Below are positions 18,061 through 27,848 of a stretch of 35,728 nucleotides of DNA, one piece after another (positions within the stretch are counted from its first letter, which is position 1; every line of letters starts with the position of its first letter). Under the pieces are notes generated by a model. The model was not told the origin of the DNA and searched no databases. It saw nothing but the letters and a program-made list of their open reading frames with translations. Location of the stretch: assembly GCA_041690595.1 (NCBI GenBank), contig JAWLHB010000027.1, positions 1 through 35,728 on the forward strand, read 5' to 3'. The DNA comes from Lentisphaeria bacterium (lineage in GTDB: Bacteria; Verrucomicrobiota; Lentisphaeria; JABSQK01; JAWLHB01). The position numbers and the translations under genes were made by a program.

Positions 18061-19436
18061 ACCGGAGGATTCTCCACATGATGCACCATGACACCCGGCG
18101 CTCCGCGCTGCGACAGGAATTAGAGCAGGTGGAACGCGTCCTGTCCGACTGCCCCACCATCGACCGGCACTTGAGCGTGACCACCGAAGAATTCATCCAG
18201 CGCCAGCGGCGGGTCGCGGAGGCGCTGCGCGAGGCGGAGTGCGATGTGGGCTTCGTTTTCAGCGACGAGCACTATAATGGCGATGTGCCCTACCTTGGCG
18301 GCAATACTAATATTGGTGTTGAACAGGTGGCGGGGCTGATAGGCCCGACGGGCTTTCATATTGTGGCTGGGCTGGAAGGCGGCTACGTGGCCGAACAACT
18401 CGCGGAACGCGCCAAGGCTTCGGTGCACAAAGTGGAATTGCTGCAGCTTGCCGACGAAAAGTACCCGATTCGGGCTGAACGGCTGGAGGATGTGCTCGAA
18501 GCGGCGGCGGGCAAGAGCCTCGGGCAGATCGGCCGACTGGCGTTGCTCAGTCCGCGCCAGGTGGTGCCCGCGAGCGTCGTCGACTATCTGGAGGAGGTGC
18601 TTGGGGCGGAGAGGGTTGTGGATGCCCAGCAGATCTACTGGAAGATCAAGAACCTGAAATCGGACCGGGAGATGGAGCTGATCCGCGATGCGAACGTGAT
18701 CGCCGATGCGATGATGCGGGCGATGCTGGCGGTGATCAAACCGGGCATGGTCGAGACGCAGGTGGCGGGCTGGGGCTATCACGTGGGCATGGAACTGGGC
18801 GGTGAAGAGAATGGGTTCGACATCATGGTCACCACCGGCGAGGCTAACCGCACGCTGATCGGCAAGGCGCTCAATCGCCGGATCGAAGCGGGCGACTGGG
18901 TGCATCTGGGTTGCGCTCCCAAGCGAGACGGCTTGACGAGCTGCATCCGTCGTTCCATCGTCATGGGTGAACCCAGTCGCGACCAGCGTTACTGGTTCGA
19001 CTTCGTCAATGACGCATATGAGGTCGGATGGGCAGCGTATCAGGACATCGTGCGGCACCAGCGGCCGGCGAAGCTGCAGGAACAGGCGCTGGTGGACTTT
19101 TTCCGCGGCCGGACGGCGGCGGTCAACAAGCGCTTCGGGCTGAACATCGGTGATCTGTCTCTCTTCAAGCCGTACACGGGCACCCACAACAGTGGCTACA
19201 CCGAGTGCCAGGAGTTTTATGGCGCCATCACCCTGGAAAGCGAGGAGCCGCTGGCCGAGCAGGTGGTGACCATGCTTGACGTCGCCATTCGCGGCATCGG
19301 CGATCACTGGCACGACAAGGTGCTGCCGGTGGATTTCGTGGTCATCGAGAACACGCTCGGCAAGTTCGGCAGCGAAGCCAGACAATTCAACCGGGTGCCA
19401 AACGATTGTCAGCCACTGGTCGGCAGCGGCCTGTAA
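18057..19436 (+). CDS. M24 (Xaa-Pro peptidase/creatinase fold) family protein with non-canonical metal ligands
   Basis: Creatinase-like N-domain, KNLKSDREMELIR, IKPGMVETQVA and RRIEAGDWV. Start is either 18057 (overlapping the PhyH stop) or 18078. Confidence 0.72.
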   Translation: MNRRILHMMHHDTRRSALRQELEQVERVLSDCPTIDRHLSVTTEEFIQRQRRVAEALREAECDVGFVFSDEHYNGDVPYLGGNTNIGVEQVAGLIGPTGFHIVAGLEGGYVAEQLAERAKASVHKVELLQLADEKYPIRAERLEDVLEAAAGKSLGQIGRLALLSPRQVVPASVVDYLEEVLGAERVVDAQQIYWKIKNLKSDREMELIRDANVIADAMMRAMLAVIKPGMVETQVAGWGYHVGMELGGEENGFDIMVTTGEANRTLIGKALNRRIEAGDWVHLGCAPKRDGLTSCIRRSIVMGEPSRDQRYWFDFVNDAYEVGWAAYQDIVRHQRPAKLQEQALVDFFRGRTAAVNKRFGLNIGDLSLFKPYTGTHNSGYTECQEFYGAITLESEEPLAEQVVTMLDVAIRGIGDHWHDKVLPVDFVVIENTLGKFGSEARQFNRVPNDCQPLVGSGL

Positions 19437-19457
19437 GGCTGCGTGGATTGCCTGTCT

Positions 19458-20384
19458 CTATGGGGTCGTCAGCTCCTGAGCGCATTGGCTTTCGACGCGG
19501 GTGAGGAAGGCGTTGAGGGTGTGGAGGTAGAGGGCAGTCTCTTCGAGGTGAGCTTCGTGGCCACTTTCTTCGAAGATGACCGAGGTGGAGCCGGGGATGC
19601 CGGCCTGGAGGGTGGCGGCAATGGCGGGGGTGGCTTCGTCGTAGCGGCCGGAGGTGATCAGCGTCGGCAGGGCGATTTCGGGGAGGCGGTCGGTGATGTC
19701 CCAGTCCTTGAGGTTGCCGACGATGTGAAATTCACTGGGGCCGCACATGGTGAGGTAAACTTCGGGGTCGCGCATGAGCTGGTCGAAGGTGCGATTAAGG
19801 CAGTCGGGCCAGGGATCCATGCGACAGAGGTGGCGGCGGTAGAAGAGCATCATCGCGTCGACGTAGGCAGGATCGTCGGTGGTTCCCGCGTCTTCATGGT
19901 GCAGGAGGATCTGCTGGACTTCCGGGGGAAGCTCGGAGCGCAGGCGGTTGGCTTCATCGGCCCACTGGCGCATGCTGGCGGGGGCGCTGGCGAGAATGAG
20001 GCTGGCGATGCCGGTGGGTTTGGTCAGGGCATACTGCATGGCGAGCATGCCGCCCCAGGATTGCCCGAAGAGGTGGAGATGGTCGAGGTCGAGGGCCTTG
20101 CGGACGATGGCCAGTTCCTCGACGAAGAGCTCGGCTGTCCAGAGGGATGGATCATGGGGATGATCGGAGTTGCCGCACCCGAGTTGGTCATAGACGATGA
20201 CGCGCCTTCCGCTTCGGGCGATTTCCTGCAAGGGCTCGAGGTAGTCGTGGGCGGCGCCTGGGCCGCCGTGCAGGCAGAGCAAGGGGAGCTTGCCGGACTG
20301 ATCTTCGTGCCCGATGATGCGGTACCAGATCTTGAAGTCGCGAAAGGAGAGATATCCCTCGGTCATCGGCAATGGTGTGGTCAT
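19458..20384 (-). CDS. Proline iminopeptidase / L-amino acid amidase family alpha/beta hydrolase
   Basis: LHGGPG, YDQLGCGNS, GQSWGG, GPSEF, GRYDE and SGH motifs. Confidence 0.92.
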   Translation of the reverse strand: MTTPLPMTEGYLSFRDFKIWYRIIGHEDQSGKLPLLCLHGGPGAAHDYLEPLQEIARSGRRVIVYDQLGCGNSDHPHDPSLWTAELFVEELAIVRKALDLDHLHLFGQSWGGMLAMQYALTKPTGIASLILASAPASMRQWADEANRLRSELPPEVQQILLHHEDAGTTDDPAYVDAMMLFYRRHLCRMDPWPDCLNRTFDQLMRDPEVYLTMCGPSEFHIVGNLKDWDITDRLPEIALPTLITSGRYDEATPAIAATLQAGIPGSTSVIFEESGHEAHLEETALYLHTLNAFLTRVESQCAQELTTP

Positions 20385-20438
20385 GCGATATCCTGCTGGG
20401 GGTGGGGTGTCGTCGGCCGCTATTTATCGGTGACGCGC

Positions 20439-20453
20439 GCAAGGATCATGCCG
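20439..20453 (-). promoter_or_regulatory. Sigma54 -24/-12 promoter for the iminopeptidase-family gene
   Basis: Minus strand CGGCATGATCCTTGC fits GGCA.G-N4-TTGC with exact GG-N10-GC spacing, 54 bp upstream of the ATG and divergent from a sigma54 activator. Confidence 0.7.
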
Positions 20454-20549
20454 GCGGTGCTTCCGAGGCGGATGGAGGTAGCGGACAGGAGACGCGGGGA
20501 GACGGAGGGGCGGTAGAGGAAAGTATAGGCTGTCAGGGGCAGTGGGGGG

Positions 20550-20578
20550 AACTGGAAGGACGCGGGGATTCTCCAGTT
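20550..20578. promoter_or_regulatory. Inverted repeat, candidate upstream activator sequence
   Basis: AACTGGA-N15-TCCAGTT, about 100-125 bp upstream of the -24 element. Confidence 0.35.
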
Positions 20579-20664
20579 GGAGGAGGGGTGGATAATGGGG
20601 GATGACTTTGTATATTCCGGAAAGCGTCCGTTTAACATGTTGTCTTGCCAGAGGAGCAGATTCG

Positions 20665-22203
20665 ATGTCGTTGTTTCTTCCCGGTCAGGTACGCGAAGCC
20701 AGGTTGTTGGCGAAACTTGCGCACAGCAATCCGTTTCGCACGGACCGTATCGATCTGGAGCGGGAGCTGCTGGGGGATGCGTTTACGCCGCTCTCGCAGG
20801 TGTGGAGTCACCGGATCGAGCAGGTGGCGGACAATGCGAATGTGATTGCGCTGGGGAATCTGGCGCAGGGGCTGATCGATCAGGCGCGGGAGCGACTGTC
20901 GAAAGGGAAGGGGCCGGCGAATGAGGAGGAGCTGCTGCTGTACGATCGGGCTGTCAGCTACCACCTTTTTCATACGCATCGGGATGATTTCAAGGGGTTG
21001 CTGACGCGGGAGGATGAGAGTGAGGAACGGGGGCCGCGGCGGGTACGTTTCTTCGAGCGCTTTGTGGAGACGATTCAGCACTACCTCGGCCAATTCGGGC
21101 TGGAGAGCGAACTGACGCGAGACCCGGCACATGTCTTCGCGATCTGCTTCCAGATACGGCGGGCCTTTCATCACATTCACCATTGCATCATTGGTGGGAG
21201 CCTGGCTTCGGCGGAGCTGCGCGCCCGCATCTGGGAGTCGATTTTTACGCACGACATGGGGCGGTATCGTCGCTGTCTCTACGATCGCATGGGGGACCTG
21301 CCGACGCTGGTGACGGGGCCCACGGGGACGGGCAAGGAGCTGGTCGCGCAGGCGGTGGGACTCTCGCGGTACGTTCCCTTTGCGCCGGAGAAGCGGGCCT
21401 TCGCCGCGGACTACGTGAACTGCCTGCGGGCGCTGAATCTGTCGGCCTTGTCGCCGATGCTGATCGAGTCGGAGCTGTTCGGTCATCGGCGGGGAGCTTT
21501 TACGGGCGCGCTGGATGACAAGACGGGGTGGCTGGAGAGCTGTGGGGCTTTCGATACGGTCTTCCTGGACGAGATCGGTGATCTGGATCCGGCTATTCAG
21601 GTGAAGTTGCTTCGCGTCCTGCAGGACCGCCTCTTTCAGCGGTTGGGGGATACGGTGAACAGGCGGTTCGAGGGGAAAATCATCGCGGCGACGAATCGGG
21701 ATCTGCCGGAGCGCATCGCCTCCGGGCAGTTCCGGACGGACTTCTACTATCGGCTTTGCGCGGATCAGATCGTGACGGTCTCATTGGCGGAGCAGTTGCA
21801 GGGGAGCGGGGATGAGCTGCAGCATTTCGTGCGCTTCATTGCGCATCGCCTGGTGGGGGAAGAGGAATGCAATCAACTGACGCGTGAGGCGATGGCGTGG
21901 ATCGAAGGGAAGCTCGGCTATTCCTACGCGTGGCCGGGCAATGTGCGTGAACTGGAGCAGTGCATCCGCAATATCATGATCCACAATGACTATCAGGCAC
22001 CGCCACGGTTGGGGAAGGAGAGCGGTGCTCTGCGTTCGGCGCTCGACCAAGGGGAGCTTACCGCGGATGAGCTGCTGCGCTGGTACTGTACGACTGTTTA
22101 TCGGAAGACGGGGAGCTACCAGGAGACGGCGCGCCTGCTACAGTTGGACCGGCGGACGGTCAAGGCGAAGATCGATGAGGCTATGGTTGAGCGGTACGGG
22201 TAG
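20665..22203 (+). CDS. Sigma54-dependent transcriptional activator (bEBP) with an unrecognised N-terminal domain
   Basis: GPTGTGKE, ESELFGHRRGAFTGA, FLDEIG, QVKLLRVLQ, WPGNVREL and a C-terminal HTH; gaggag RBS before ATG 20665. Confidence 0.92.
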   Translation: MSLFLPGQVREARLLAKLAHSNPFRTDRIDLERELLGDAFTPLSQVWSHRIEQVADNANVIALGNLAQGLIDQARERLSKGKGPANEEELLLYDRAVSYHLFHTHRDDFKGLLTREDESEERGPRRVRFFERFVETIQHYLGQFGLESELTRDPAHVFAICFQIRRAFHHIHHCIIGGSLASAELRARIWESIFTHDMGRYRRCLYDRMGDLPTLVTGPTGTGKELVAQAVGLSRYVPFAPEKRAFAADYVNCLRALNLSALSPMLIESELFGHRRGAFTGALDDKTGWLESCGAFDTVFLDEIGDLDPAIQVKLLRVLQDRLFQRLGDTVNRRFEGKIIAATNRDLPERIASGQFRTDFYYRLCADQIVTVSLAEQLQGSGDELQHFVRFIAHRLVGEEECNQLTREAMAWIEGKLGYSYAWPGNVRELEQCIRNIMIHNDYQAPPRLGKESGALRSALDQGELTADELLRWYCTTVYRKTGSYQETARLLQLDRRTVKAKIDEAMVERYG

Positions 22204-22241
22204 GGCGACCTTGAGCGCACACAGGGGGCGGAACGGGTTTT

Positions 22242-22294
22242 GACTTATGCAGAAGAAAGTCCGGGCAAGGGCCGGACATTCTTGTTCATAAGTC
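22242..22294. repeat. Family-3 palindromic element (long imperfect hairpin)
   Basis: gacttatg..aagaaagtccgg / ccggacattctt..cataagtc; the reverse complement of 22242-22275 matches 27148-27182 and 27415-27449. Confidence 0.75.
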
Positions 22295-22674
22295 TACTGC
22301 GTCTACTGAGTCTACTGCGTCTACTGAGTCTACTGCGTCTACTGCGTCTACTGCGTCTACTGCGTCTACTGCGTCCACTGCGTCCACTGCGTCTACTGCG
22401 TCTACTGCGTCCACTGCGTCTACTGCGTCCACTGCGTCTACTGCGTCCACTGCGTGTACTGCGTCCACTGCGTCTACTGCGTCCACTGCGTGTACTGCGT
22501 CCACTGCGTCTACTGCGTCCACTGCGTCCACTGCGTCTACTGCGTCTACTGCGTCCACTGCGTCCACTGCGTCTACTGCGTCCACTGCGTCCACTGCGTC
22601 CACTGCGTCTACTGCGTCTACTGCGTCTACTGCGTCTACTGCGTCTACTGCGTCTACTGCGTCCACTGCGTCCA
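22292..22674. repeat. 9-bp tandem array, 42 full units of gtc(t/c)actgc
   Basis: Counted from 22292 to 22669 (378 bp): mainly gtctactgc and gtccactgc, with two gtctactga and two gtgtactgc units. Confidence 0.97.
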
Positions 22675-22685
22675 TACCGCTTCCT

Positions 22686-22851
22686 TTTCGCCCCTTGCCC
22701 CAACGGGGCTGCGTCCCATAGCCCAGGGTTGCCCTTGGGCTACCCTGGGTATACTGCCCGCCCACGCAACAACCCCATTCGGGGTTGCGTCCACGGCGTC
22801 GGCCCCTCCCCGCGTGAGCTCAAATCCACGGGACTTACTATATAGTGAGGC
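22686..22851 (+). repeat. Family-2 dispersed multi-hairpin element (~165 bp), copy 1
   Basis: Highly similar to 27505-27674: gccccaacggggc, cccagggt..accctggg, aacccc(a/c)ttcggggtt, ccccgcgtg(a/c)gctcaa..tagtgaggc. Confidence 0.88.
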
Positions 22852-23055
22852 GTTCTCCGAACGGCGATCATGCGTAGAGCCAACTTCACTCAAGCAGGAA
22901 AATATCCCCAGATGTTGCTGCACCAGCCTCACTGTGTGAGCCTTCACATTGTCGGGCCTGTCGAGGCTTAAGCCTGCAGCCGGTGGCTTCCACACCAGGG
23001 GTAGGCTTTCAACGCAAGGGAGGCTTTACTCTGTTGAGGGCTTGCTCAGCTGGCG

Positions 23056-24444
<1,389 letters not shown>

Positions 24445-24527
24445 GGATACTTCCTTGTCTTAATAACGGCTCTGTGGGGATATGATAATCGTAGCCGCAC
24501 AATGGCGGGAATCAAGCGGTGCACGGT

Positions 24528-26204
<1,677 letters not shown>

Positions 26205-26386
26205 AGGAGGATTCCTTGGCTGGATGAGGTCGAAGGGGTGAGGCATCTTAAGATAGGCGAAAAAGTCGGCAGAGGATAGGGTTGATGGTGATTTGGGGAG
26301 CGAGGCGGGGACGCGGAGACGCGGAGAAGCGGATTTGGGGAAGTTGGCGCTTTGCTGACGGCGGGAGACGCGCTATCGTTAAGATC

Positions 26387-27124
26387 ATGACACCGTCGCT
26401 ACATCCGATGTTGAGTGATGAGCAGTGCAGTCAATTCAGCCGGGATGGCTGCCTGCTTGTGACGGGGCTGCTCGATGCGACGGATTTGGAATGGCTGCGG
26501 AGCATCTTCGACGTCTGTTTCGATCCAGGATATACGGATCGTGAGATAAAGCGGCGCCATGTGGGGGAGACGGTGGATGGAAAGGCCGTGCCGGCGCACA
26601 TCGATGGACCATCGGAGTCGTTTCCGGAGTTGGGGGAACAACCTTGCTTCAGCCGCTTTGTGGCGATAGCGCAGCAGCTCCTCGGGGAAGGGGCGGAGTT
26701 TCGCGGCGACTACATGGTGCTCACGCCAGGGGGGTATGAGGCGCCGACTCCGTGGCATCAGGATCAGGCTCATGAGGATCCGCGGTACCGCTACCGGGAG
26801 GTGAGCATTCGGATTCCATTGCAGGATGCGACGGAGGAGAATGGGTGCATGCACTTCGTGCCGGGCAGCCACCTCGGGGTGGTGCTGCCTCATGTGAAGA
26901 TCGATGCGCCGGGGGATGGTTTGAGCGCGCTCGGGCAGGAGCACTGGAGCGCCAATGGTCTGCCGATGCCCTGTCCGGCGGGTGGTGCAACGGTGTACCA
27001 CAGCTACATGCTGCACTACGCGGGACCGAATCGGACGGATACGGCCAGCCGGGCCTATGTCGTGGTCTTCGGGGTGCCGCCGAGGAAGCTGTCGCATCCG
27101 CTGGTCTTCGGCTGGCAGCATTGA
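26387..27124 (+). CDS. Phytanoyl-CoA dioxygenase (PhyH) family enzyme
   Basis: TPWHQD, ENGCMHFVPGSH and LHYAGPNRT...R motifs; start 26387 or 26408. Confidence 0.85.
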   Translation: MTPSLHPMLSDEQCSQFSRDGCLLVTGLLDATDLEWLRSIFDVCFDPGYTDREIKRRHVGETVDGKAVPAHIDGPSESFPELGEQPCFSRFVAIAQQLLGEGAEFRGDYMVLTPGGYEAPTPWHQDQAHEDPRYRYREVSIRIPLQDATEENGCMHFVPGSHLGVVLPHVKIDAPGDGLSALGQEHWSANGLPMPCPAGGATVYHSYMLHYAGPNRTDTASRAYVVVFGVPPRKLSHPLVFGWQH

Positions 27125-27147
27125 CGGGGGAGGATGGGGATGAATTG

Positions 27148-27495
27148 CCGGCCGTTGCCCGGACATTTTCCTTCATACGTCCACGCTCGTTCTGCCCCTG
27201 CGCTGACATCAATGTGGGAGCAGTTCTCCGAACCGCGATTGGGCCGTTGTCAACGGCACTGCCATTGCGCGCCCCTGGGCACGCCACTCGCCTGAGTGGC
27301 ACCGGCGTTGGACGTTGCCACTCCCCGACGCCCGGCTCCCCTCATTCACCCAGCCACCCCATCGGTTCCGTTCCCGCTGTTGCTCCCAACGGCCCTCAAT
27401 GTGAGAGTCCCCATCCGGCCGTTGCCCGGACTTTTTTTCTTCATAAGTCCAAACACAATGCCATCCTCCCGCGTGAGCTCAATTTCACAGAAACT
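27148..27495. repeat. Mosaic of REP-like elements: family 3 (27148-27182, 27415-27449), family 1 (27213-27240), family-4 hairpin (27283-27300), family-2 tail (27464-27495)
   Basis: ccggccgttgcccggac..ttcata(c/a)gtcc twice; tgtgggagcagttctccgaaccgcgatt; gccactc-gcct-gagtggc; cccgcgtgagctcaatttcac. Confidence 0.8.
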
Positions 27496-27504
27496 GGCCT
27501 CTCC

Positions 27505-27674
27505 TTTCGCTCTTGCCCCAACGGGGCTGCGTCCCATAGCCCAGGGTTGATCCGCCAAAGGCGGTGCTACCCTGGGTATACTGCCCGCTCACGCATTAAC
27601 CCCCTTCGGGGTTGCGTCCACGGCGTCAACTCTTCCCCGCGTGCGCTCAATTCCACGGGACCTATTAGTGAGGC
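27505..27674 (+). repeat. Family-2 dispersed multi-hairpin element, copy 2
   Basis: Near-identical to 22686-22851 except the central hairpin loop. Confidence 0.88.
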
Positions 27675-27748
27675 CGGGAAAGGTCAGAGCTGTCAGGGGC
27701 AACGGCCCATACCGAACCAAAGACGCGGAGGGCGCGGTGTGAGGCTGG

Positions 27749-27819
27749 AAAAAATGAGGCTGATATGAACGCGGGAGGCCGTTTGGGCATTGGCCGTCCC
27801 TGCGTCGATATCAGCCTCA
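27749..27819 (-). terminator. Rho-independent terminator after the second Calx-beta gene
   Basis: tgaggctgatat/atatcagcctca 12-bp outer stem with further inner pairing, followed by T6 on the minus strand. Confidence 0.65.
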
Positions 27820-27848
27820 AAGAGGTGGCTCAGTCTGGTGACTGAAGC

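Noticed and set aside
22240..22939. Poly-LRL, poly-RSR, poly-CVY and other frames over the 9-mer array
   Set aside because: Automatic consequence of a stop-free 9-bp unit. Only the DAV frame has RBS, start, stop and synonymous bias, and it is kept as a hypothesis.
22970..23008. Imperfect hairpin downstream of fumC as a terminator
   Set aside because: Weak interrupted stem and no convincing U-tract on the fumC strand.
26845..27768. 307-aa plus-strand ORF across the repeat mosaic
   Set aside because: Overlaps the PhyH gene out of frame and runs through palindromic repeats with no protein motifs.
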